Positions 28,949-38,186 are shown, counted from the first letter of the stretch. The stretch is DNA of 64,000 nucleotides from Candidatus Pacearchaeota archaeon (GCA_038740375.1 JAVYLW010000003.1:4545-68544); one strand, 5' to 3'. Notes: a model not told the origin generated them from the sequence alone. Program-made: numbers and translations.

Positions 28949-29557
28949 ATGAATAAGCGCGGTGCTGAAATGACTATTGGAACGATTATTGTTATTATAC
29001 TAGCTTTAGTTGTTCTTGTTGTTATTATCTATGGATTTACAGTTGGTTGGAGTAATTTATGGCAGAAGATAACAGGATTTTCACCAAAATCAAATGTTCA
29101 TACTCATGTTCAAGCATGTCAAATTGCATGCACTTCTGAATCTAAATATGATTATTGCAAACCAAGACAAGTAATTTTTGAAGATAAAGGAAAACCTGTT
29201 CAATTTAGATCTTGCGAGGATTTGCAAATTCAGAGAGGATCTTCTATAGGTCTTGAGCCTTGTTTATCTATATCTTGTGCTGGAACTGAAGAAGCTGGTA
29301 GTTGTGAAAATATTGGTGGAAAATGGCAATTAGATCCTTGTTTAACTTCGTATCAATTAGATATAACTTCTAGAGTTACAAATAATTTTAATAAAGGTAA
29401 TAATAAGTTCTGTTGTCAAACTACATGCGCTCTTCTTAATGGAATATGGAGAGCTAGTCCTTGTGATGGAAGAACTGAAAATGATAGAACTGACGATATT
29501 ACTGATAAAGTGAGTGATAATCCTAATAACTATAGATTTTGCTGTGTTGCAAAATAA
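28949..29557 (+). CDS. Pilin-like protein (202 aa) with textbook class III signal peptide and Cys-rich head
   Basis: MNKRG/AEMTIGTIIVIILALVVLVVIIYGF. The remainder carries many Cys, including two aromatic-Cys-Cys motifs (KFCCQTTC, RFCCVAK). Confidence 0.8.
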   Translation: MNKRGAEMTIGTIIVIILALVVLVVIIYGFTVGWSNLWQKITGFSPKSNVHTHVQACQIACTSESKYDYCKPRQVIFEDKGKPVQFRSCEDLQIQRGSSIGLEPCLSISCAGTEEAGSCENIGGKWQLDPCLTSYQLDITSRVTNNFNKGNNKFCCQTTCALLNGIWRASPCDGRTENDRTDDITDKVSDNPNNYRFCCVAK

Positions 29558-29767
29558 TTTATTATTTAAATCATAGTAGTTAAATTGTTAATAAAATTTT
29601 TTGAAATAAATATGATTTTTTTAAAGATGTTATTAAATAATTTTTTAATAAGTTGATAACAATTTATATAAAAAAGTATTTTTATTCTATTAATATAAGT
29701 AAAATCAAAAAATTTTATAAATCAATCTTAACTTAATTTATAAATAAAATATTTAAATATTCGTTAT

Positions 29768-29887
29768 ATGGATTACGGATTTCCTGAAAAGCGGAAAAAT
29801 AAGAATGATAAAAGAGCAAAAAATCGCTATAATAGATATAAGCGTGGTGGACACTCTAGAATTAAGAAAATGAATAAAATCTGTTAG
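29768..29887 (+). CDS. Candidate small, very basic protein (39 aa); not in the ORF track
   Basis: Encodes MDYGFPEKRKNKNDKRAKNRYNRYKRGGHSRIKKMNKIC. G+C is locally higher than in the flanking intergenic DNA. No family recognised. Confidence 0.3.
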   Translation: MDYGFPEKRKNKNDKRAKNRYNRYKRGGHSRIKKMNKIC

Positions 29888-29994
29888 ATTTGTATATTTT
29901 TGATTATTTTTTCTTAAAATATTTTTTTAACTAAATTAGCTAAAATTATTAGTTAGATTAATAAATGATTATTTCTTATTTTTTTTGTTAAAAA

Positions 29995-29999
29995 GGTGA
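29995..29999 (+). promoter_or_regulatory. Shine-Dalgarno-like GGTGA upstream of the prepilin peptidase gene
   Basis: aaaaGGTGAttaatagcgtATG (10-nt spacer). Confidence 0.35.
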
Positions 30000-30009
30000 T
30001 TAATAGCGT

Positions 30010-30858
30010 ATGTTATTAAATTATGAAAATCTTTTTTTGATTATACTTGCTATTGTTTGGTTAGTTGGCGCTGTATTACAAGATTTAAAAAGACGTGAGG
30101 TAGATAATTTATGGAATTTTTCTTTAGTTATTTTTGCATTAGGATATAGATTCATTGTAATGTCTTATTCTGGAAATTACTGGTTTTTTATTAATGGAAT
30201 AATTGGAGTTGTAGTATTTTTTGTGTTAGGTAATTTATTTTATTATTCTAGGCTATTTGCCGGAGGAGATGCTAAACTTTTAATAGCATTAGGAGGAATA
30301 CTTCCTCTTAGTTATGATTGGATAATTAATGTTAAAATTTTTGGAATATATATATTATCTTTTTTATTTTTAGGTTCTTTATATGTATTAATCTGGGCTA
30401 TTTTTTTGATGTTTATTAATTGGAAAAAATTTAAAAAAGAATTTTTGAAGCAATGGAGAATTTATCATAATTATTTTTTTGTATTTTTTGTCATAATTCT
30501 TCTCTTTATATTAATTGTTTTATTGCTAGGTAAAAATATATTTGTTATTTTGGGAATAATTTTATCTTTATTTCCAGTTTTGTTTATATTTGCTAAATCT
30601 ATCGAAGAATCTTGCATGATAAAAGCATTAGATCCAAAAAAAATAACAGAAGGAGAATGGCTTTATAAAAATTTAAAAGTAGGTAAAAAGAAAATAATAG
30701 CAAATTGGGAGGGTATTTCTGAAGATGAATTAAGATTAATTAGAAATAAATATAAAAAGAAAGTATTAATTAAACAAGGAATTCCCTTTACTCCTAGTTT
30801 TTTGATAGGATTTTTGATTTTGTTATTTATTTTATGGAAATATAAACTTTTGTTTTAA
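30010..30858 (+). CDS. Prepilin/preflagellin peptidase (A24 family, PibD/FlaK/EppA-like)
   Basis: 282 aa polytopic protein. An Asp-containing first loop (VLQDLKRREVDN) and FAGGDAKLLIALGG give the two aspartyl motifs of A24 peptidases. The gene is adjacent to the pilin-like array. Confidence 0.8.
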   Translation: MLLNYENLFLIILAIVWLVGAVLQDLKRREVDNLWNFSLVIFALGYRFIVMSYSGNYWFFINGIIGVVVFFVLGNLFYYSRLFAGGDAKLLIALGGILPLSYDWIINVKIFGIYILSFLFLGSLYVLIWAIFLMFINWKKFKKEFLKQWRIYHNYFFVFFVIILLFILIVLLLGKNIFVILGIILSLFPVLFIFAKSIEESCMIKALDPKKITEGEWLYKNLKVGKKKIIANWEGISEDELRLIRNKYKKKVLIKQGIPFTPSFLIGFLILLFILWKYKLLF

Positions 30859-30939
30859 TTTTTAAAATTTAAATTGCTGATTAATTTTTATTGAAAATAT
30901 ATAACAAAGTTTAAATATTAAAAAATATTTAATTATTAT

Positions 30940-31233
30940 ATGAAAAAAAGAGAAAAATTAAGAGAAAATAAAAAAAAATTTTGGGACGATATTGATTCTA
31001 AACTTAAATGGGGATTTAAAGGTTTACAATTTTCTTTCGTTTTATTATTAATTATAATTTTTATTTTACTTGCAGTTGTTCTTGTTTCAAGCAAAGATAT
31101 AGCAGAAGTTAATAAGCTTATATTAAAATTACCTGAAGGTTATGATTATCTTGGAATATTAGCAGAAATAATTTTATTTATAGCTATTCCTTTTTTAATT
31201 GGAATCAAAATAGGAAGTAAGATTAAAAAATAA
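30940..31233 (+). CDS. Small membrane protein (97 aa)
   Basis: ATG ORF with two hydrophobic segments after a Lys-rich N-terminus. Confidence 0.45.
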   Translation: MKKREKLRENKKKFWDDIDSKLKWGFKGLQFSFVLLLIIIFILLAVVLVSSKDIAEVNKLILKLPEGYDYLGILAEIILFIAIPFLIGIKIGSKIKK

Positions 31234-31531
31234 TTATAAAAACTTTATTAATTAAATTTAATTATTTATGATATATTATTAATTTTTAATTTTTGTTATG
31301 TTATATGATCTAATTTGTAAGTATAAGAAATGAGATATATTATTAATTAAATCTTTAGCAAGAAATTCGAACATTTTTAAAGGGAAGATGAATTGCATTA
31401 TGATTAAAGAGCAATGAAATATATAGAGAATCAAGAGATGCATCATAATCCCCGGCTAAATCAATAAGGACATCTGTCCATTTTAGTGGATGGAGGATAT
31501 CAAGTCTAATATTTTCTAATGAATTATTAAA

Positions 31532-32179
31532 TTAAGGTATTCTAAAACTTATTTTTGGTAATCTATCATCGTTTTCACTTTTGTCTTTTATTTTTTTTGA
31601 TATTCGATGTTTTTGCTCTAATTTATTTTTAAGGAATTTTAAATCTTTTTCTTCTGCTTTTTGTTTTTTTAAAGGAATATCTCTATATAAAGGAATTACA
31701 TTTATAAAACAATGACCTTGAAAGCTAGAAGTTTCTATTTTTATATCATCAGGTTTTAGTTTCTTTTTTATTTTGTTTGCTATTTTTTGAGCTAAACTCA
31801 TAGCTGTTTTTGGTATTTTTTCAGTTGGAAGATGCTCTTTTGGAAGAATTATAGAATGACCTTTTGATAAAGGATTTATTTCCAAAACTGCTATTGATTT
31901 ATTATTCTCATTTAATTTATATGATGGAATAATTCCTTTTATTATTGAACAAAATATGCATTCTTTTTCATTTTCGTTTTGTTTTTCTTGTTCTAATAAT
32001 CCATCTTTTTCAGAAACACTAATATTATTTTTTTTTAAGAATTCTTCTAATTCTTGTTCGTTTAGATTTTCTATGTATTTTTTTATTTGTTCTTTATTTG
32101 GATTATCTAATTTATCAACATATGAGATTAATTGTTGTTTTATATCATCAATTTGTTCTTTTGTAAATGACATACACAA
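31532..32179 (-). CDS. HIT-fold protein with degenerate histidine triad and N-terminal acidic/coiled extension
   Basis: CIFCSIIKGIIPSYKL...AVLEINPLSKGHSIILPKEH is the typical HIT N-terminal half. The expected HxHxHxx is QGHCFINVIP, with only one His. Confidence 0.6.
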   Translation of the reverse strand: MCMSFTKEQIDDIKQQLISYVDKLDNPNKEQIKKYIENLNEQELEEFLKKNNISVSEKDGLLEQEKQNENEKECIFCSIIKGIIPSYKLNENNKSIAVLEINPLSKGHSIILPKEHLPTEKIPKTAMSLAQKIANKIKKKLKPDDIKIETSSFQGHCFINVIPLYRDIPLKKQKAEEKDLKFLKNKLEQKHRISKKIKDKSENDDRLPKISFRIP

Positions 32180-32278
32180 ATTAAAATATTTTTAAAGTTA
32201 TAAACTTATTGGAAACTTGATTTTTTTATTATGTTGTTAATATTATTTTAAACAAATCATTAATAAAATTTTTTATTT

Positions 32279-32551
32279 TTATCCTACAGCTCTTCTAAAG
32301 TCTATTATTTCTGCAGAATTTACCTCTTTTATTTTTCTTAATTTTTCTAATAATTCATCTGAATCTAAAGTTTCTTCTCGAGTGAATAATATATTTAAAG
32401 CTGTTAATCCAAAAGCAATAGGTTCTTTTTCTGCTCTAAAACTATTACAATTTTCTTTTTCTGTAATTTCTTTTGCTTTTTTTTCTATTTTTTCTAAATC
32501 TGAATTTGGAGATTTAGGCATTATTTTAATTTTAAAGATTGCAAGCCCCAT
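32279..32551 (-). CDS. ef1b: Translation elongation factor aEF-1 beta
   Basis: 90 aa. The pattern KIKIMPKSPNSDLEKI...EKEPIAFGLTALNILF...AEIIDFRR is characteristic of archaeal EF-1beta. Confidence 0.8.
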   Translation of the reverse strand: MGLAIFKIKIMPKSPNSDLEKIEKKAKEITEKENCNSFRAEKEPIAFGLTALNILFTREETLDSDELLEKLRKIKEVNSAEIIDFRRAVG

Positions 32552-32678
32552 ATTTTTTTTTGTTTAATCTTATTTATAAAATTTTCTAAAACTAATTTTA
32601 TATTTTTAAATCTTTATTTGGATACTACCGCAATACTTATAAAGAGGAAAATTTGTTTATTCAGTAATATGTAAAAAA

Positions 32679-32683
32679 GGTGA
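32679..32683 (+). promoter_or_regulatory. Shine-Dalgarno-like GGTGA, 5 nt upstream of ATG 32689
   Basis: aaaaaaGGTGAtaataATG. The track start, GTG 32680, lies inside this motif. Confidence 0.45.
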
Positions 32684-32688
32684 TAATA

Positions 32689-33624
32689 ATGGATAATTAT
32701 AAACAACTTTTAGATTTTATTTCTCAAAACTCAAAGATTTCTGTTGAAGAAATAGAAAGAAGAATAGAAGCTAAAAGAGCAAAACTTGCGGGTTTAATTA
32801 GTAAAGAAGGTGCTGCACAAATAATTGCTGCTGAACTTAATATTAGTTTTGATAAACAAGTTATAAAGATATCTCAAATAGTTTCTGGCATGAGAAAAGT
32901 AAACCTCGTAGGTAAAATTATTAATATTTTCCCTATAAAAGAATATAATAAGAATGGCAGAAGTGGAAGGATTGGTAGTTTTATTTTAGCAGACGAGACT
33001 AGTAATATTAGAGTAGTTCTTTGGGATGAAAATCATATTGAACTTATTTCTCAAGGAAAAATTTTGGAAAATTCTGTTGTTGAAATTTATAATGCTACAA
33101 TTAGAAATGGAGAAATTCATTTGACAAGTTTTTCTGAAATAAAACTTACAGATAAGGTTATAGATAATATAGTTCTTGAAAAACCTAGTGTGAAAAAGAA
33201 TATAATTGATTTTAATCCTAATGATAATATTTCTACTAGAGCTTTTATTGTTCAAATATTTGAACCAAAATTTTTTAATGTTTGTTCTTCTTGTAAAAAA
33301 AAAGTAAATGAGTTATTTGAATGTCAAGTTCATGGTAAAATAATACCTGAAAAAAGATCTGTTCTTAATATGGTTATTGATGATGGAAGCGATTCTATTA
33401 GGGCTGTAATGTTTGCAGAACAAGCAGAAAAATTTTTTGGAAGTTTGCAAATACTTGAGGATAGTGAACTATTTTCTGTTAAAAAAGAAGAATTATTAGG
33501 AAAAGAAGTAATTATCACAGGACAAGTTAGAAAAAATTCTTTATATAATGAAAACGAGCTTATTGTTAACTCGATTGAGGAAATAGATTTAGATGAAATT
33601 ATAAATGAGCTTGAATCAAATTAA
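32689..33624 (+). CDS. Replication protein A-like ssDNA-binding protein (OB folds plus zinc ribbon)
   Basis: N-terminal helical domain, then OB-fold segments (VNLVGKIINIFPIKEY...ILADETSNIRVVLWDE). Zinc-ribbon motif CSSCKKKV...CQVHG is embedded in the second OB fold, as in archaeal RPA/RFA. Confidence 0.75.
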   Translation: MDNYKQLLDFISQNSKISVEEIERRIEAKRAKLAGLISKEGAAQIIAAELNISFDKQVIKISQIVSGMRKVNLVGKIINIFPIKEYNKNGRSGRIGSFILADETSNIRVVLWDENHIELISQGKILENSVVEIYNATIRNGEIHLTSFSEIKLTDKVIDNIVLEKPSVKKNIIDFNPNDNISTRAFIVQIFEPKFFNVCSSCKKKVNELFECQVHGKIIPEKRSVLNMVIDDGSDSIRAVMFAEQAEKFFGSLQILEDSELFSVKKEELLGKEVIITGQVRKNSLYNENELIVNSIEEIDLDEIINELESN

Positions 33625-33802
33625 TTAAAATTATAAAAATATTTCGATATTCTATATTTTTCTAAAATATTTTAAAAATCGTTAAATTAAAAATCTGTTA
33701 TTTTATTATTCTCTAAATTTAGTTTTTGAGAAATAAAAAATTATGTAAGAATTTCTATTATGTTTGTGATTATTCTATTATATATAACAGAGGTTAGATA
33801 AT

Positions 33803-33814
33803 TTTTATAAATAA
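33803..33814 (+). promoter_or_regulatory. Candidate TATA box (TTTTTATAAATA) about 25 nt upstream of the radA ATG (possible leaderless mRNA)
   Basis: The position fits an archaeal -26 TATA if transcription starts at or near the ATG. Specificity is weak in DNA this AT-rich. Confidence 0.25.
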
Positions 33815-33832
33815 AGAGAAACTTAAATTGAA

Positions 33833-34858
33833 ATGGTTGAAAAAGATAAAAGTGGTGATAATGGAGAGGTATCTAAAAAAAGAAAGAAAAAAGAAGAAAC
33901 TAAAGGAGAGGAGCTTAGTCTTTCTGATCTTCCTGGAATAGGGCCTGCAGCCTTAGAAAAACTTGAAGCTGCTGGAATTTATGATTTAATGGGAATTGCT
34001 GTAATGGGTCCAAAAGAGTTGTCTGAAACTGCAGGTTTAGGAGAAGCAGTTGCTCGTAAAGCTATACAAGCAGCTCGTAAGATGTTAGATCTTGGTTTTC
34101 AAGATGGACTTGAGTTTGCTCAAAAAAGAAAAGAGATTTTTTATATAACAACAGGTTCAAAAGAATTAGATAAACTTTTGGGAGGCAAAGGAATAGAGAC
34201 TAAAGCAATTACAGAAGCTTATGGAGCATTTGGAAGTGGAAAAAGTCAGCTTGGTTTTAGCTTAGCTATAAACGTTCAATTACCTGTTGAAAGAGGAGGT
34301 GCAGAGGGAAAAGCATTAATTATTGATACAGAAGGAACATTTAGACCTGAAAGAATAAGACAAATTTCAGAGAACAAGGGTTTAAATCCAGATAATGTTT
34401 TAAAAAATATTTTGGTTGCAAGAGCTTTTAATTCAGATCATCAAATATTGCTTATTGATAAGGTAGGTGAATTAATAAAAAATGGAGAACCTATAAGGCT
34501 TGTAATAGTAGATTCTCTTACAGCTCATTTTCGAGCTGAATTTTCAGGAAGAGGTCAACTTGCTGATAGGCAGCAGAAACTTAACAGATATTTACATAAT
34601 CTTATGAAAATGGCTGAACAATATAATTTAGCAGTTTATGTTACAAATCAGGTAATGGCTAATCCTGCAATGATGTTTGGAGATCCTACGACTGCTGTTG
34701 GAGGTAATATTGTTGCTCATAGTTCTACCTATAGAATTTATTTAAGAAAAGGAAAAAAAGGTAGTCGTGTTGCAAAAATGATAGATTCACCTAATCTTCC
34801 TGATAACGAGTGTATATTTTTTGTTGGAGATAACGGAGTTAGTGACGAAGAGCAATAA
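33833..34858 (+). CDS. radA: DNA repair and recombination protein RadA
   Basis: 341 aa. N-terminal HhH ([20 protein letters not shown]), Walker [10 protein letters not shown], Walker B LVIVDSL, and the conserved VTNQV...[18 protein letters not shown]. Confidence 0.95.
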   Translation: MVEKDKSGDNGEVSKKRKKKEETKGEELSLSDLPGIGPAALEKLEAAGIYDLMGIAVMGPKELSETAGLGEAVARKAIQAARKMLDLGFQDGLEFAQKRKEIFYITTGSKELDKLLGGKGIETKAITEAYGAFGSGKSQLGFSLAINVQLPVERGGAEGKALIIDTEGTFRPERIRQISENKGLNPDNVLKNILVARAFNSDHQILLIDKVGELIKNGEPIRLVIVDSLTAHFRAEFSGRGQLADRQQKLNRYLHNLMKMAEQYNLAVYVTNQVMANPAMMFGDPTTAVGGNIVAHSSTYRIYLRKGKKGSRVAKMIDSPNLPDNECIFFVGDNGVSDEEQ

Positions 34859-35026
34859 AACAATAAATAAATTTTTATTATGTTTATTAGATGCTCTTAT
34901 TTCTGGTAATATTTTTATAAAATATTTTTAATTTATATAATAATTATTATTTATAATCAAATTTTAAAATTTTATTTTTTTTGAGTTATATTTATAAACA
35001 TATTCTTATTTTTTTTAATATTTAAT

Positions 35027-35554
35027 ATGAACAATGAATTAAAAAAAGAGATTTGGAAAGTTTTTAGTGTAGGAAGCTTTTTGTTTATAACTATATTCTT
35101 TGTACTTCCTTATTTAATTCAAATCTCAACTTTTTTTCATGAAAAAGCGCATCAAAAAGCCTTAAAAAAATATGGTGTTGATAGTTATTATTCAGTTAAT
35201 TTACTTGAAACAATCCCTAATTTTTTTAATCCTCAAGTTACAAAACTCGGAGTTACAAAATTTAATATGAATGAGTATAAGAAGCTTGATAAATATCAGA
35301 GAGCAGAGGTTAACATTGCAGGCATTGTTTCTGATCTTAGATTTTTATTTTTAATTGGAGTTTATCTTGCTTTAACAAATGTTTATACTTATTATAAAAT
35401 AAAGTTTAAACAAGATTATGATTTAACTTGGCAAATTGCGATAAACTGGATATTATTCATGTGGCTTTTAGCTCTTGTTCAAATTACTGTTTCTAACATC
35501 ACTTATAGAGTTGGAGACATTTATAGTTTAATAAATCATATGGTCGCAATATAA
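35027..35554 (+). CDS. Membrane protein with HExxH motif (putative zinc metallopeptidase)
   Basis: 175 aa. FFHEKAHQ comes directly after the first TM, and further TM segments follow. The architecture resembles small membrane zincins (DUF3267-like). Confidence 0.45.
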   Translation: MNNELKKEIWKVFSVGSFLFITIFFVLPYLIQISTFFHEKAHQKALKKYGVDSYYSVNLLETIPNFFNPQVTKLGVTKFNMNEYKKLDKYQRAEVNIAGIVSDLRFLFLIGVYLALTNVYTYYKIKFKQDYDLTWQIAINWILFMWLLALVQITVSNITYRVGDIYSLINHMVAI

Positions 35555-35844
35555 TCTATTAATTTATATATTTAAATTTATAAAAATAATTTAAATTTAT
35601 TTAACGAATTTATTAAAATTTTTATAATGAGATATATTTATAATTTTTTATGACAATACTACTAATATTTTTTCTTTTCTGTTATAATAAAATATTTTAA
35701 AATTTTTCTTATTGCTATAGTAAAGTATAAAAAGTTTTTTGCAAGAGATTATACAATGATTATGCAGTTTTATTATAAAAATTATTTTAATTTTATAAGA
35801 TAATTTTTTAATAATTTTTTTATATAGGATATTAAAAAATTAAA

Positions 35845-37215
35845 ATGAAAGAAGAAAAAGTAGAGAATATAAAAGAAGAATCTATAGAGCTAAATAAATT
35901 TATTTTTGCTGATTTACATTTGCATTCAAAGTATTCTCGTGCTTGTTCAAAAGAACTTAATTTTGAAAATTTGGTTAAATGGGCTAGAATTAAAGGCTTG
36001 TCTTTACTTGGAACTGGAGATTTTACACATCCTTTATGGTTTAATGAAATTAAAACAAAACTTAAAGAAAAGGATGGAATTTATTATTATAAGGATTCTA
36101 ATGGAGAATTTCCTTTTATATTAAGCTCTGAAATTTCTTTAGTTTATACTTCTAATTTCAAGTTAAGGAAAATTCATTTGGTTTATCTTTCACCAAATTT
36201 AGAAACTGTAGAAAAAATAAATATGTGGCTTGATACTATTGGACGTAGGGATTATGATGGAAGACCAATTTTTGGGATTTCTTGTAGAGATTTTGTTGCT
36301 AAAATGGAAGAGATTGATTCTAAGATAGAAGTTATACCTGCACATGCTTGGACTCCTTGGTTTGGAATTTTTGGAAGTCTAGGAGGATTTGATAAACTTT
36401 CAGAGGCTTTTTTAGATAAGACTTACCTAATACATGCAATAGAAACAGGAATATCTTCAGATCCTGAGATGAATTGGAAAATAAAAGATTTAGATAACAT
36501 ATCTATAGTTAGTTTTTCTGATGCTCATTCTTTTTGGCCTCATAGGATTGGTAGAGAAGCTACTATGTTCAATATACCTATATCTGGAAAGCTATCTTAT
36601 AATGAAATAATAAGACAAATTCGTGAAAAAGATTTTTTTGGAACCATTGAAACAGATCCTGCTTATGGAAAATATCATTTTGACGGTCATAGAAATTGTA
36701 ATTTTTCTTGTTCTCCTGAAGAAACTTTAAGACTTAATGGTATATGCCCTATTTGTGGAAAAAAACTTTTAGTAGGAGTTGAATATAGGGTTAAGGAATT
36801 ATCAAAAATAGCTCCTGCAAATCACCAGAAAAAAAAATTTTATTATAAATTAATGCCCTTACATGAAATAATTTCTATATCTTTAAATGCAGGAATTAAT
36901 AGCAAAGCTGTTTGGAAAGTTTATTATAACTTAATTGAAAAATTTGGAAATGAATTTAATGTGTTAATTAAAGTTTCAAAAGATGAAATATTTAAAGTTA
37001 CTAATAATAAAATTTTGACTGATTTGATAATAGACAATAGAGAAGGGAAAATACAAGTAAAACCTGGTTATGATGGAGTTTATGGAAAAGTTTTAATTAG
37101 AGGAAGTGAAGTTTCTATTCAAAGTAATGAAAAAAACTTCTATGAAAAAACAAATAATTCTAATAATAACTATAAAATTTTAAGAAAAACTGAAAAACAA
37201 AAGACTTTATTTTAG
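35845..37215 (+). CDS. PHP-domain nuclease, Endonuclease Q-like
   Basis: 456 aa. FADLHLHSKYSRACS is the PHP metal motif at the N-terminus. Further His/Asp motifs follow (IPAHAWTPWFG, SFSDAHS), and the zinc-finger motif CPICGKKL is present, as in archaeal EndoQ. Confidence 0.6.
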   Translation: MKEEKVENIKEESIELNKFIFADLHLHSKYSRACSKELNFENLVKWARIKGLSLLGTGDFTHPLWFNEIKTKLKEKDGIYYYKDSNGEFPFILSSEISLVYTSNFKLRKIHLVYLSPNLETVEKINMWLDTIGRRDYDGRPIFGISCRDFVAKMEEIDSKIEVIPAHAWTPWFGIFGSLGGFDKLSEAFLDKTYLIHAIETGISSDPEMNWKIKDLDNISIVSFSDAHSFWPHRIGREATMFNIPISGKLSYNEIIRQIREKDFFGTIETDPAYGKYHFDGHRNCNFSCSPEETLRLNGICPICGKKLLVGVEYRVKELSKIAPANHQKKKFYYKLMPLHEIISISLNAGINSKAVWKVYYNLIEKFGNEFNVLIKVSKDEIFKVTNNKILTDLIIDNREGKIQVKPGYDGVYGKVLIRGSEVSIQSNEKNFYEKTNNSNNNYKILRKTEKQKTLF

Positions 37216-37222
37216 AACTTTT

Positions 37223-37948
37223 TTAAGTTTTTTCAAAAGAAAATTCACACTTGTTTTTTTTTGCTAATTTTTCTATTTCTTCTAATATATCTTTGATTTC
37301 ATTTCTTATTTTTTTTAAGTTTTCACCTGAAATTTCAATACTGTATTTTCCTGCTGCTATATAACTTATGGAACATTTATGGTTTTTGCAAGAAGATTGT
37401 ATTATTTCTTTTATTTTTTTTATACCATCTGAATCTTTGCTTGAAAGTTTAAATATTTGTTTTATTTTTTTAGGTTTTTCTTTTTTAAGTTCTATAATTT
37501 TTAAAATTTTTTCAGACTTTTCTTTTTCAATATATTCATTTAATAGAGGAGGATTATTCTTTATTTTTTCAAAAAATTCTAATATAGAGTATTTTTCCAA
37601 AATTTTTTTAATAGTTTTTTCTGTTTCTTCTTCTCCTAATATTGTTTTTAATATTGCTATATAAGATTTTTCTCTTTCTACTTTTTGTAAAAAATCCTTT
37701 TTTTCATTTAAACCAACTCTTCTTAATGAAAGATGAATTCTTTCACCTTTTATGCTCAATATTAAGCAAACAATCTTTTTTCCAGGAACTACATAATCTC
37801 TAAGATTTCTTATTCTTCCAGGAGCAATTTCAGAGGTTGTTATTGTGCCTTCTCCATTTCCATCAATTTTAACAAATACAGTTGTTCCTACAATTTTTTC
37901 AACAGTGCATAATACTAATTCACCTTCATTTAAATTTTCATTTACCAT
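37223..37948 (-). CDS. eif2a: Translation initiation factor aIF-2 alpha subunit
   Basis: 241 aa. N-terminal S1/OB domain (GELVLCTVEKIVGTTVFVKID...IHLSLRRV) followed by helical and alpha-beta domains. The gene is immediately downstream of S27e, the conserved archaeal arrangement. Confidence 0.8.
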   Translation of the reverse strand: MVNENLNEGELVLCTVEKIVGTTVFVKIDGNGEGTITTSEIAPGRIRNLRDYVVPGKKIVCLILSIKGERIHLSLRRVGLNEKKDFLQKVEREKSYIAILKTILGEEETEKTIKKILEKYSILEFFEKIKNNPPLLNEYIEKEKSEKILKIIELKKEKPKKIKQIFKLSSKDSDGIKKIKEIIQSSCKNHKCSISYIAAGKYSIEISGENLKKIRNEIKDILEEIEKLAKKNKCEFSFEKT

Positions 37949-38015
37949 AATAAATAATGACTATAATAGGAGATTATAAAGATTTGCTTTTTTATTTTTT
38001 TTATTATACATAATT

Positions 38016-38186
38016 TTAATTTAGAACTTCTATAACCCTTGCCAATATTTCGGCTTTACCACCTTTTGGTTCTGCTAGAACAGATTCGCAAATTAAACAT
38101 TTTACTCTTGTTGTTGCACCCTCAAATATTATTTGTTCATTTTTGCATGATTGACATCTTACTTTTATGAATCTATACTTTCCCAT
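38016..38186 (-). CDS. rps27e: Ribosomal protein S27e (56 aa); not in the ORF track
   Basis: The reverse-strand ORF encodes MGKYRFIKVRCQSCKNEQIIFEGATTRVKCLICESVLAEPKGGKAEILARVIEVLN. The CxxC...CxxC zinc ribbon and the NEQI.F...GGK motifs match archaeal S27e. Confidence 0.85.
   Translation of the reverse strand: MGKYRFIKVRCQSCKNEQIIFEGATTRVKCLICESVLAEPKGGKAEILARVIEVLN

Noticed and set aside
22001-37664. Short ORFs at 22001-22393, 25178-25372, 31956-32195, 32382-32567, 32986-33255, 33330-33518, 35906-36124 and 37368-37664
   Set aside because: All are nested, antisense or out of frame, within genes that carry recognisable motifs or strong structural features.
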